From a virus (taxonomy: Duplodnaviria > Caudoviricetes), in IMG/VR virus record IMGVR_UViG_3300038312_000324, positions 1-39,417 of that record: a DNA stretch of 39,417 nt; one strand, given 5' to 3'. Shown piece by piece: positions 1-9,221 of this stretch (positions are counted from its first letter, which is position 1; each line of letters begins with the position of its first letter). The translations under genes were made by a program, and so were the position numbers. The notes under the pieces were generated by a model that saw nothing but the letters and a program-made list of their open reading frames with translations, did not search any database and was not told the DNA's origin.

Positions 1-389
1 AACCTTCGTTCCACCGTGGCCTCCTGTCCACGGTGCTATTGTTAGAAATAGAGATCAACCAATTCATACACGCCCAGTTCGTGGACGGGAGGCCACAAAC
101 GAACAAGACAACACGCTTCCACTGAATAAACCTTCGTTCCACCGTGGACTCCTGTCCACGGTGCTATTGTTAGAAAAAGAGATCAACCAATTCATACACG
201 ACCAGTTCGTGAACGGGAGGCCACGAACGAACAACACAACGCATTTCCACTGGATAAACCTTCGTTCCACCGTGTCCTCCTGTCCACGGTGATGGTTTAA
301 GAAATAGAGACCAACCAGCACTTACGCGCCCAGTTCGTGGACGGGAGGCCACGAACGAACAAGACAACACCCTTCCACTGGATAAACCT
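1..389. repeat. Three tandem ~128-bp REP/BIME-like units (host intergenic, truncated by the window start)
   Basis: AACCTTCGTTCCACCGTG recurs at 1, 129 and 257, with a partial AACCT at 385. Each unit holds two inverted copies of an imperfect palindrome (CCGTGGCCTCCTGTCCACGG and GTTCGTGGACGGGAGGCCACGAAC). Confidence 0.85.
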
Positions 390-443
390 CATCGTGCAAA
401 CACCATATCCCATACGCTATAATGAACCTGCCAGGAGCAAGCA

Positions 444-1859
444 TTGGAACCAAAACCACATTACACTGCCCCGGAGTGGGACACGCTTGAAGAGCTTGAC
501 CTCAACCCAGAGCCAAGCCCCGAGCCAAGACCCAAAGGTCGTTTTTTCTACAAACTCGCCTTAATAAGCTTGGTGCTCGTCTTTCTCGCCGGCATTATTT
601 TGCCCAATATCAGCTGGCTCAAAACCAAAAGTCCATCTGACCGCCATCCCGAAAAGTATCTTTGGTCGGTTACAAAAATCGCCAAAGACCCTGAATCTAA
701 AGTTTTCTACGCTCCCAACGAGGAAAGCTTCATCATCCTCAACCCAGCGAATGACAATCTCGATCTTTATAAACTAAGCAGTGGCAGCTATCTTTATTCC
801 ATCGCCACAGACCACACCGCGATTAACGACCTCACCTACGCACCGGATGGCAAAGCTTTCGCCATGGCGCTCGACACTGGCGATATCAGCATCCACACAA
901 CCCTGACCGGTGTCGAACTAAAAATCTTGTCTCACACTGCCAAACCAAAACACATCGCCTGGTCGCCTGACTCGACTCGCCTCGCCGCGGTATACGACAA
1001 CGAAGAATTGCTCCTTTGGGACTTAAATGCCAACAAAAACGCTTTGCTCGCTGAGGAAGCCTTTGATGTTCCAAAATGGTCACCCAACGGCAGGTATTTA
1101 GACCTCTCGCCAGAAGAAGGGTCGATGAATCCCCATGGCACAATGCGCCTTTTTGATACCCATACGTTAACCGAACTCTTTTACCCGATTGAACCGGCAG
1201 CTTACTACCAGCCACCACACTTCATGAAACAATCCAACAAGATCCTCTATGGGGTCTCCTTCGCAGGGCAAATTGTTGAGTGGGACCTGGAAACCAATCG
1301 CAGCTATACCTTTGATCCAGACGAAAGTTGGTTAGGCAAATCATCGATTTCGCCTGATGAGCGAATGCTGTATTCTATCCTTTACGGTGACGGAGACCTC
1401 AAGATCTGGGACTTGGAGACAAAAACGCACATCGCCACACTAGACTATGACGAACAAGCAAATGTCAGCTACAACCTTTCCTGGTCGCCTGATTCAAAAC
1501 ACATCGTCGTTGCCTATGATACCGGTGTTGACTTCCATAGTGCCGAAACTGGTGCTTTTGAAAGCCGCATCAAACTTGACCCGCGCTCTAACCACATGTA
1601 CCACGGCTTTTCACCGGATGGTCAACTGATCCTCACCACGGATGGCAACAGCTTCTCCCTATGGTCGCCTCAAACCAGCGCTCAGCTCCACAAGGTGGCT
1701 GGTCCTTATGGCGCCAATAAAGTCTTCTGGTTTCAAAACAGCAGCCAACTGGTCATCCAACGGCAGGACGCTATCGATATCTACCGCATTTCCGACGAAC
1801 CCGGCGGGCCCGCATTTGACATCAGCGCCAATCCGCCAATGCTTAAACCTTCCTTTTAA
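444..1859 (+). CDS. Membrane-anchored WD40/beta-propeller repeat protein
   Basis: N-terminal hydrophobic segment (LALISLVLVFLAGIIL) and repeated WSPD/FSPD...LWD/IWD motifs. TTG start preceded by AGGAG. Confidence 0.8.
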   Translation: MEPKPHYTAPEWDTLEELDLNPEPSPEPRPKGRFFYKLALISLVLVFLAGIILPNISWLKTKSPSDRHPEKYLWSVTKIAKDPESKVFYAPNEESFIILNPANDNLDLYKLSSGSYLYSIATDHTAINDLTYAPDGKAFAMALDTGDISIHTTLTGVELKILSHTAKPKHIAWSPDSTRLAAVYDNEELLLWDLNANKNALLAEEAFDVPKWSPNGRYLDLSPEEGSMNPHGTMRLFDTHTLTELFYPIEPAAYYQPPHFMKQSNKILYGVSFAGQIVEWDLETNRSYTFDPDESWLGKSSISPDERMLYSILYGDGDLKIWDLETKTHIATLDYDEQANVSYNLSWSPDSKHIVVAYDTGVDFHSAETGAFESRIKLDPRSNHMYHGFSPDGQLILTTDGNSFSLWSPQTSAQLHKVAGPYGANKVFWFQNSSQLVIQRQDAIDIYRISDEPGGPAFDISANPPMLKPSF

Positions 1860-1927
1860 TTTCCCTGCTAATAAATAAAATCTGAATAAACTTGGTTTAG
1901 AATTCTTTCACATTGAAAGGATACGCC

Positions 1928-3961
1928 ATGAAAACGAAGAAACAAAAGCTCTCATTAATCCTCATTTCTGTGCTATTAAGCGCGATGCTGCTGTTTTCTG
2001 CCTGCAAGCAGCCCTCATTGACAAAAGATCCTGCGCCAAAGACGGCGACAGAAGTCTCTCCTGTAAAGCAGACGAGCCCCGAAACGAGCGGAATCCGCGC
2101 CCAGGACGATTTTTACGATTACGTCAATGCCAGCTTTATCAAAGAAAAATCAAACGCAACCGATGGCGAGGTTTGGGATAACTTTGCTGATTTGCAAGAC
2201 AACCTATCCGACTCCCTGCAAGACATTGTTGACGAACTAAGCACTGATGGGGCTAAGTTCGCGGATAACAGCGCTGAAAAAGCCGTTGCCGATCTCTATA
2301 AGAGCGCTCTCGATTCCAGCTCAAAAGAAAAAGCCGGACTGGGCTCTTTAAAGCCTTATCTGGATGCCATCGAAAATGCGGAAACCATTCCCGCCTATTT
2401 GGATGCCCTTGCCAAGGTTTATAAAGATTTGGGCAAAAACAGCCTTTTCAGTTTTTTGATTGCGCCAAACCCCAATGACGCCAGCAAGCATGCTGCCTTC
2501 ATTGAAGAATCCGCCATGTTGCTCGATAAACCTGATTTTGAAGATGAACAAGCCGTGGATGCCTTGAAAACCTACATCACAGACCTGCTGACCGCAAAAG
2601 GCACAAAATCCGAAGACGCTCACTCTCTGGCAGAAAAACTGCTTAGCTTCAACAAAGACCTTGCCAATGTGGCACTGAGCAAAACCGACCGTGCCAATGT
2701 CAAAATGACGATGAACATCATGGACACAAAAACCTTAACATCCAAGCTAAGCAACGTCGACCTGCCAGACTTCTTGAGCAAAAGAGGATTAGAGAGCTAC
2801 AAAGATTGGGTTGTGCAAAATCCAGCCATGCTCGACTTCCTAAACAAGTCGCTAAGTGCAGAAAATCTTGAGGTCTTAAAGGCCTTTTCGACCGTGGCTT
2901 TACTCAATGACTTTGCACCCTACCTGAGCAAAGCCTTCGCAGATGCAAACGCAAAATTCAATCAGCTTGAAGGCATCGATGAAAGCGCCCAAGCCTGGGA
3001 AGCAACCAATACCCTCGCCGAAAAAGAAGTGGGCGAGCTCTATGCTAAAAAATTCTTCTCAGCCGAAAAGAAAGCCAAAGCCGAAGCCTTTGTGAGAACC
3101 ATTTTGGAAGCTTATAAGAAGAACCTGCAAAGCCTGACCTGGATGAGCGAAGCAAGCCGCGCTGAAGCCATCAAGAAAATTGACTCGATGATGGTCAAAG
3201 TGGGTTATCCCGAAAGCTATACATCCTTTGCCAAAGGACTGGTCAAATCCCCTGAGGACGGAGGTAGCCTCATCGAAAACGCGATTGCCATCCACAAAGC
3301 CAAAGCTGCTGCGGAACAAGCTAAAGCCACAGCACCAGTAGACAAAACCGTTTGGGCACTGTCACCCCAAACCATCAATGCCTATTACGAACCCAGCCTG
3401 AACGAAATCATCTTCCCGGCTGCCATGCTTCAGCCACCCTTCTACGACGAGAACGCCAGCCTGGCACAAAACCTGGGCGGCATCGGCACCATCATCGCCC
3501 ACGAAATAACCCACGCCTTTGACGACATGGGCTCCCTCTTCGACGATAAAGGCAACTTCCGTGATTGGTGGACCAAAGAAGATCGCCAGGCTTTCACCGA
3601 GCGTGCCGCAAAGTTTGTGAGCTATTTTGGTGGCATCGAGGTCCTGCCTGGTCAAAAACTAGACGGTGAACTGACCTTGGGTGAGAACATCGCCGATTCA
3701 GGCAGCCTTTCTGTGATCACGTCCATCCTGCGCGATGATAAAGAAGCCCTCAAAGAAATGCTCACCAGCTATGCCAGAATATGGGCAGCGGTCACCACTG
3801 AGGATGACATCTTGGGTCAACTCGCCTCTGATGAACATGCCCCTGCCAAAGTCAGAGTTAATGGCGTTCTGAGCGTAACCGACGCCTTTTATGAAGCTTT
3901 TGACCTCAAACCGGGTGACAAAATGTATGTAGCGCCTGAAAACAGGGTAAAACTCTTCTAA
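1928..3961 (+). CDS. pepO: M13 family (neprilysin/PepO-like) zinc metalloendopeptidase, lipoprotein
   Basis: QDDFYDYVN, NAYY, HEITH zinc motif, GENIAD and H-x-P-x-x-x-R-V-N. Lipobox LFSAC. ATG at 1928 follows AAAGGA. Confidence 0.9.
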   Translation: MKTKKQKLSLILISVLLSAMLLFSACKQPSLTKDPAPKTATEVSPVKQTSPETSGIRAQDDFYDYVNASFIKEKSNATDGEVWDNFADLQDNLSDSLQDIVDELSTDGAKFADNSAEKAVADLYKSALDSSSKEKAGLGSLKPYLDAIENAETIPAYLDALAKVYKDLGKNSLFSFLIAPNPNDASKHAAFIEESAMLLDKPDFEDEQAVDALKTYITDLLTAKGTKSEDAHSLAEKLLSFNKDLANVALSKTDRANVKMTMNIMDTKTLTSKLSNVDLPDFLSKRGLESYKDWVVQNPAMLDFLNKSLSAENLEVLKAFSTVALLNDFAPYLSKAFADANAKFNQLEGIDESAQAWEATNTLAEKEVGELYAKKFFSAEKKAKAEAFVRTILEAYKKNLQSLTWMSEASRAEAIKKIDSMMVKVGYPESYTSFAKGLVKSPEDGGSLIENAIAIHKAKAAAEQAKATAPVDKTVWALSPQTINAYYEPSLNEIIFPAAMLQPPFYDENASLAQNLGGIGTIIAHEITHAFDDMGSLFDDKGNFRDWWTKEDRQAFTERAAKFVSYFGGIEVLPGQKLDGELTLGENIADSGSLSVITSILRDDKEALKEMLTSYARIWAAVTTEDDILGQLASDEHAPAKVRVNGVLSVTDAFYEAFDLKPGDKMYVAPENRVKLF

Positions 3962-3990
3962 AAACCCAATACCCTAACCAGCGCTATGCC

Positions 3991-4025
3991 AAAACGCCGC
4001 CTTGCATTTCGATAGGCGGCGTTTT
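3991..4025 (+). terminator. Intrinsic terminator after the peptidase gene
   Basis: AAAACGCCGCCT-loop-AGGCGGCGTTTT inverted repeat. Confidence 0.8.
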
Positions 4026-4119
4026 GATTTTCCGTCATCCCAGGCATAAAGGCTTGAAACTTCGCTTGAAAGCTGAGGATAGAAATTGAGTAAAAAGGAC
4101 AAGAAATGCCCCGTTTTGC

Positions 4120-4148
4120 TTGACAGTCCAGCCGTCCACGGTTAGAAT
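4120..4148 (+). promoter_or_regulatory. Sigma70-type promoter of tRNA-Phe
   Basis: TTGACA (4120-4125), 17-bp spacer, TAGAAT (4143-4148), just upstream of the tRNA. Confidence 0.8.
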
Positions 4149-4159
4149 TCATTTTCCAC

Positions 4160-4232
4160 GCCGAGTTAGCTCAGTTGGTAGAGCATGCGACTGAAAATCG
4201 CAGGGTCCACAGTTCAAGTCTGTGACTCGGCA
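4160..4232 (+). tRNA. tRNA-Phe (GAA), CCA not encoded
   Basis: Cloverleaf: GCCGAGT/ACTCGGC acceptor stem, D arm GCTC-AGTTGGTA-GAGC, anticodon arm TGCGA-CTGAAAA-TCGCA, T arm CACAG-TTCAAGT-CTGTG. Confidence 0.97.
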
Positions 4233-4234
4233 TA
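4180..4234 (+). repeat. attL core (3' part of tRNA-Phe)
   Basis: Identical to 39363-39417. Confidence 0.95.
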
Positions 4235-4288
4235 TAGCATCAAAACGACCGTTATCTCATACCCATATCCAATATATGGGGGTAAGAG

Positions 4289-5212
4289 ATGACGGTTTTG
4301 CGTTCTATAGTACCACCGATTTATATTGACACTATAACAATAAGTACCGCTGTAGAGTTGTTTTTACAGGCAAAAGAAGATGAAGGACGTAGGTCAGGTA
4401 CGCTTGTTAGTTACAGGCGAACGACCCGGGACCTCGTGAAACATATTGGCGAAGACTTTCCCTTACTCAGTATAGAACCGCAGTTACTCAGGTCATATTT
4501 TGGTGAATTGCGAAAGAAACATAATGTTGGCGGTGTAGCACATATTCACCGGAATATAAAAGCTTTTTTCAAATGGTTCTGGCTTGAGTATGATGTAATG
4601 ATCCGCAATCCAATTGACAAAGTAAAAGTAGAACAACCGCAAATAAAGCCAAGACGAGGCATTCCTCTTGAATCAATAGAGCGGTTGTTGCGTGCGTGTA
4701 CAACAGAAAACCGCCTTAGGGACCGTGCCATCATTCTTGGGCTGCTTGATACTTGTGCTAGGGCTTCGGAGTTTTGCGCATTGAATGTTGAGGATATTGA
4801 CCTAAACACTGGGATTGCTACTATCCAGGAAGGAAAAGGCGGCAAGTTGAGACGTGTAAGATTTGGATCCAAATCTTTACGAGCATTACGGAAATATCTA
4901 AAAACTAGAGAAAATCTGCATTATTCCGATCCTTTATTCGCTACCGACGAAGGTGATCAGTTGGTAAGTCGGACATTGCATAGGATTATTCAAAGACGGA
5001 TCCAAGCCGCCAAAATCAAACAATGGGGCTTGCATGATTTTAGGCGGCGAGGATTGTACGAAATGTGGGTAAAGACCAGAGACATAAAAGGCGTATCGTT
5101 ATACGCCGGTCATAGCAATGTGACAGTTACTCAAAGATATTTGGCCATCAATGATGAAGATATACTGAGTATGCACCGGATAGGGAGCCCTGTTGAGCAA
5201 CTTAGAATTTAG
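4289..5212 (+). CDS. int: Tyrosine recombinase / phage integrase
   Basis: Catalytic residues: CARASE (R), GKGGK (K), HDFRR (H-x-x-R), AGH and TQRY (Y). Adjacent to att. The start codon is uncertain because it lies in a hairpin. Confidence 0.92.
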   Translation: MTVLRSIVPPIYIDTITISTAVELFLQAKEDEGRRSGTLVSYRRTTRDLVKHIGEDFPLLSIEPQLLRSYFGELRKKHNVGGVAHIHRNIKAFFKWFWLEYDVMIRNPIDKVKVEQPQIKPRRGIPLESIERLLRACTTENRLRDRAIILGLLDTCARASEFCALNVEDIDLNTGIATIQEGKGGKLRRVRFGSKSLRALRKYLKTRENLHYSDPLFATDEGDQLVSRTLHRIIQRRIQAAKIKQWGLHDFRRRGLYEMWVKTRDIKGVSLYAGHSNVTVTQRYLAINDEDILSMHRIGSPVEQLRI

Positions 5213-6624
5213 CTTCTTTTGCTATACGTGCAAAGCCTAATCACGGACTTTGCATACTTGTCTCTAAATCGCCCAACAACGTTATCCCAAGGGTCGTGGA
5301 TGATGATGTTGTTTGCGCGGTCTACACCTATGCCAATTACCCAGTGCATATCCTCTTGTGGCGTGTGTTCATCAAAATCCACCACGATGATGGGTAGCTT
5401 GCCCGCTCTGATGCGCTGTTTTATCAGATCATCCGATGGCGCGTAGGTCATGCCGTCCCACTTGATGGTGGGGTTCATGCGTTCCACGGCGTCCCATATA
5501 ATCAGGTTGCCGTTTGCATAGCCACCGTTATTGTTCAGCCAGTCGTTCAAACTCACGGGGTTCACGCACATGCCAATTTTGCCGAGTGCAATCGCCACGC
5601 AAGTCATAGCGCAACCATTCGCGCCGATAGTCGATTTTGTGCCAAGTGGTTTATCGCGCCACCTCGGATCGCGTTGCCAGTAGGTTGCTCCGTAGTACAT
5701 GACTTCAGCCACGGGCGGTTGCGGTGTGTCTACTCTTTTCACCCATTGCATGAAACTACCGTTTATCCAGCGCGGCAACGCGTCAATGCGTAACCAGTGC
5801 CCACTTTCTTCCCAAACGGGTACAATATCGCCACTTTGTAGCCAACGCTCTTCATTCCATCTCACGCCATTCGGCGCGTTGTAGGTGATATAGCGGTTTG
5901 GTGGCGTGGTTGTAATCTTTACTGAGTAAAGTGGTTGGTTAGGGTCGGTCGGCGGGTCAACGGGTTCTTGCTCAGTAAGTCCAAAGTATGCCTGTACGTC
6001 CTCTAATGTGCCATTCCAACGGTTGGTGTCAATCGCTCCAGACGGCAGTCCAAAGTTCCGTCCGATGCCTGTTTCCGATGTTTGGTGAATAAGCCATTTT
6101 GTTACGCCACGCGGTAGCAAAGGCGGTCCAGGGTGTTCCGTTCCTGGTGCGCTGCCTTTCGCGGGGTAAGTCGCTAACCACCAGTCCACTTGTTTCAGCT
6201 TTTCGCTAATAACCATACGCGAATTCGTGAACCACGCGCCCGAGTAAACGATAGGTTCGCGTCCAGTGCGCTCCGTAATCTGGTCGTACATTTGCGTGGT
6301 TGCTTCGGTTACGCGCTGTGGCGTTTGCCCTTGCCAAAGTTCAATGTCAATCGCCAGTCGGTCGGTTTCGGGATCGAAGCCCGTCCTACTCAGTATGTCA
6401 AATAGCCAGTTGACTTGTCTGGTAACGTCTTGGCTTGGATAGAGCACGTGATAGGCAATGCGATTATGCCCCTTGAGCGCGCGCCACGATTGCGCAAACA
6501 CAGGGTCTTCGTAACCCCATGAGATGCCAGCGCGAACCGCCACGAATTTTGTATTTTGTTTCATCAGGGTATAGTCGATTGACCGCCCTTGATAACTGCT
6601 GATGTCTACTCCAAATGGTTTCAT
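5209..6624 (-). CDS. Endolysin: GH25 muramidase, SH3-like middle region and C39-like peptidase domain
   Basis: N-terminal GVDISSYQ, AIDIE, W.IHQ...IDTN (GH25). C-terminal YWQRDPRW...GCAMTC...HWV...HDPW (papain-like C39_2 pattern). Confidence 0.85.
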   Translation of the reverse strand: MKPFGVDISSYQGRSIDYTLMKQNTKFVAVRAGISWGYEDPVFAQSWRALKGHNRIAYHVLYPSQDVTRQVNWLFDILSRTGFDPETDRLAIDIELWQGQTPQRVTEATTQMYDQITERTGREPIVYSGAWFTNSRMVISEKLKQVDWWLATYPAKGSAPGTEHPGPPLLPRGVTKWLIHQTSETGIGRNFGLPSGAIDTNRWNGTLEDVQAYFGLTEQEPVDPPTDPNQPLYSVKITTTPPNRYITYNAPNGVRWNEERWLQSGDIVPVWEESGHWLRIDALPRWINGSFMQWVKRVDTPQPPVAEVMYYGATYWQRDPRWRDKPLGTKSTIGANGCAMTCVAIALGKIGMCVNPVSLNDWLNNNGGYANGNLIIWDAVERMNPTIKWDGMTYAPSDDLIKQRIRAGKLPIIVVDFDEHTPQEDMHWVIGIGVDRANNIIIHDPWDNVVGRFRDKYAKSVIRLCTYSKRS

Positions 6625-6633
6625 GTTATCTCC

Positions 6634-7902
6634 TTAAACTAGTTTTACAACTGATAATCTTGCGGGGACTGTCGTATTCAATACCATTCTTGTGGAGACA
6701 TAATTACTTGCATAGATATTGATGCTAATTTGGTCATTAGCTACCAACGGCAAAGCTGAACTTATATTCGCATGACACCCAGAAGTAGATTTTGCGATAA
6801 CGGACGAAATGCGCGCAGGTGATTCATCGTTGATAACAATGGCGCCAACAAGCACTTTATTATCCTCATAAGTTATTCCACTAAACAAAAAATAGGCCGC
6901 TATAAAATACAAGCCGTCAGAAGGAACAGTAACATAGGCCTGCCCAGGTGCCCAACCGTTCATTGTGTCATAATCTTCTGTGTCCCATAATAATTTTGGG
7001 AATGCGTTATTCGCGATGTCCTGGTCTACTGTGCTTCTCAAATGGGTGCCAACAATAATTGAACCACCGCCACCTGCTACACTATCAACATAAGCTTTAT
7101 TCGCGGCTTGGTTGTTTAATGTCGGCATAGAAGATGGCAATAATGGTATAGAAGTAAACGTCTTCACACCGCCAATGGATTGATTAGTAGTCAGATCCAC
7201 ATACGGCCCACCACTACCACCACTACCACCACTGGCAACACTGTCTACGTATGCTTTACTAGCGACTTGGTCATTACTTGTTGGTGTTGTCGTTGGCACT
7301 TTTGGTAACGTAGAAAACGTTTTTTCACCAGAAACAGTCTGATTTCCAGTGATACCAACATAATTGCTGTCTGCATACCCTTTGCGAATGGGATTATTTG
7401 CGGTTGGCGCAGTTGTTGGTAAAACAGGCAAACTTGAAAATGTTTTTACCCCAGATATTGTTTCATTCCCTGTATTTTTTACATATTCAGTATGCGTATG
7501 GGTTTTAGGCGCGTATGTGGTATCGTGATTATGGTCAGATGCCGCATAGCCTGTATGAGCGTGGTTTGTTCTTGAGAACGCGCTTGGAAGTTCGCCACCT
7601 AGTTTATCGCTGTCCTTTGCGGTTGCTGCAATCCCTAAATAAGTAGCATCGTGATTGTGATTAGTCCCTGCATACTCAGTATGGACATGATCCGTTTTCG
7701 AATACTGAGGATGGTCATTATCCCCCAATCCGCTCAAAGACCCATGGTCGATAACAGAACCGGCCGTTTTTAATAATTCCGTTTCAATCGCCACTACTTC
7801 GTCTTGCAAATCATTGATATGACTTGCGTCTACAACGTCCCCATCTGGGCCATTGCGTTTTGTTGTAAATGGCTTCACGCCACCTGGAAATGTTGCTGCC
7901 AT
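6634..7902 (-). CDS. Tail fibre / receptor-binding protein
   Basis: H-x-H-x-x-x-Y repeats, three G-x-[EQ]-[TS]-[IV]-x-G-x-K-T-F...K-x-Y-[VA]-D-S repeats and a C-terminal C1q-like beta domain. Confidence 0.75.
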   Translation of the reverse strand: MAATFPGGVKPFTTKRNGPDGDVVDASHINDLQDEVVAIETELLKTAGSVIDHGSLSGLGDNDHPQYSKTDHVHTEYAGTNHNHDATYLGIAATAKDSDKLGGELPSAFSRTNHAHTGYAASDHNHDTTYAPKTHTHTEYVKNTGNETISGVKTFSSLPVLPTTAPTANNPIRKGYADSNYVGITGNQTVSGEKTFSTLPKVPTTTPTSNDQVASKAYVDSVASGGSGGSGGPYVDLTTNQSIGGVKTFTSIPLLPSSMPTLNNQAANKAYVDSVAGGGGSIIVGTHLRSTVDQDIANNAFPKLLWDTEDYDTMNGWAPGQAYVTVPSDGLYFIAAYFLFSGITYEDNKVLVGAIVINDESPARISSVIAKSTSGCHANISSALPLVANDQISINIYASNYVSTRMVLNTTVPARLSVVKLV

Positions 7903-7911
7903 AATTGCCTC

Positions 7912-8331
7912 CTAACTTATTTTCATGATATAAACCAACTTAATATGAGGTGGAAGATTGTCACTAGACGATGGCGAAATTACGTCGTGAGTATGTTGCC
8001 CCTCAGCTGAAAAATTTGCTGTGATAGGATGAGTATGGTTCTCGTCCGCCCCTTGCAAATTACCTGTATGCGCTCTTTTTCCTCTATACGCCGAAGAACT
8101 TGTACCAGTATATGTTGAATGCGAATGGCTTGCCTGGGATCCAGTAGATGTGGCGTTGAGATCATGTTGATGACTAATTACCCCACCTGTCGTCCCTAAA
8201 GCTGTGTTAGTATCACAACCATAAATGAATTTGTTTCTACAATCAGGCGTCCCATTGCTACCATCACAAACCGCCCATCCTGTTGGTATGCTGTAGTTGT
8301 CCCATAAAATGATTGTTCCTATTTTCATCAC
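7912..8331 (-). CDS. Short tail-collar-domain protein with HxH motifs
   Basis: IPTGWAVCDGSNGTPDCRNKF collar motif, several HxH motifs and an NLPP...YIMK C-terminus. Confidence 0.75.
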   Translation of the reverse strand: MMKIGTIILWDNYSIPTGWAVCDGSNGTPDCRNKFIYGCDTNTALGTTGGVISHQHDLNATSTGSQASHSHSTYTGTSSSAYRGKRAHTGNLQGADENHTHPITANFSAEGQHTHDVISPSSSDNLPPHIKLVYIMKIS

Positions 8332-9221
8332 ATTTCCTTAACAATAAAAAATAGTTTTATCCAAGGCGGCGCAATTTCTATCGTTGATAAGCCTGGCATT
8401 GTATGAGAGTGTGCAGGCTGCTCAGGAACTGTTATTGAATAATCATGCCCATGATTATGCTGATTTGGCCTTCGTGAAGTGGCACCGTAATCATCAACAT
8501 CAACATTGCTAATAGCATTGCCACTTGGATTGTAAATACGATCTAAAACAACAGAATGTTTATGTGCTCCCGCTATTCCAGTTGATGGATTGGTGTGGGT
8601 GTGTGAACTACTACCTCCAGAAGTTCCCGGCTGCGTATTTAGAGTAGAAGGAACATAAATAAATCGGTTTCTTATATCAGGTCTACCGTTAGAACCATCA
8701 CACAAGCCCCAACCAAAGGGCATGTCGTTAATGGCTCCGAACCATAAAGCAATAGCTCCGATAGGTATAGAAGTTTCAGTTGAGCTTTTCATCAAATAAT
8801 ATTTTCGATATAGGGGCAAATTTGATGCTAAACCAGTGTCAGCAATAGCATGAGTATGTGCTCCGTTGCTATTTGTACTTCTCGTAACTGTTTGGTGACT
8901 ATGGTTCCCGATAGTAGTCACAGAACTTGAAGCACTTCTTACAGATATAAGCAAATCAGACATACCCAAAGAAATAGTGGCGGTGTGGCTATGCGCACCA
9001 TTGGAGCTTGTTCCACTTGAATAGCTATGTGTATGTCCACTAGTTCCTGCAACAGTTCTTGAGATTTCGCTAGTACTTGTCCCCATTACAAAAGCATCTT
9101 CAGAGCTGTTATACAGGGTCCAACCAGCAGGAACCGCAGAAGAAGTGCCTGACCAATACAAAATACTTCCTGCAGGGATAACATTTTGTACCCTTTTTTT
9201 TCTAACCACAAACGCTTTCAT
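8328..9221 (-). CDS. Tail fibre protein with two tandem collar/HxH modules
   Basis: IPAGSIL.W...VPAGW and IPIGAIALW...MPFGWGLCDGSNGRPD, with many HxH motifs. Start taken at the ATG overlapping the upstream stop. Confidence 0.75.
   Translation of the reverse strand: MKAFVVRKKRVQNVIPAGSILYWSGTSSAVPAGWTLYNSSEDAFVMGTSTSEISRTVAGTSGHTHSYSSGTSSNGAHSHTATISLGMSDLLISVRSASSSVTTIGNHSHQTVTRSTNSNGAHTHAIADTGLASNLPLYRKYYLMKSSTETSIPIGAIALWFGAINDMPFGWGLCDGSNGRPDIRNRFIYVPSTLNTQPGTSGGSSSHTHTNPSTGIAGAHKHSVVLDRIYNPSGNAISNVDVDDYGATSRRPNQHNHGHDYSITVPEQPAHSHTMPGLSTIEIAPPWIKLFFIVKEM

Noticed and set aside
1-389. Possible CRISPR array
   Set aside because: The whole 128-bp unit repeats, there are no unique spacers, and no cas genes are present.
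64-564. Short ORFs 64..321, 170..370 and 337..564
   Set aside because: They are translations of the repeat region or overlap the WD40 gene, with no protein-like features.
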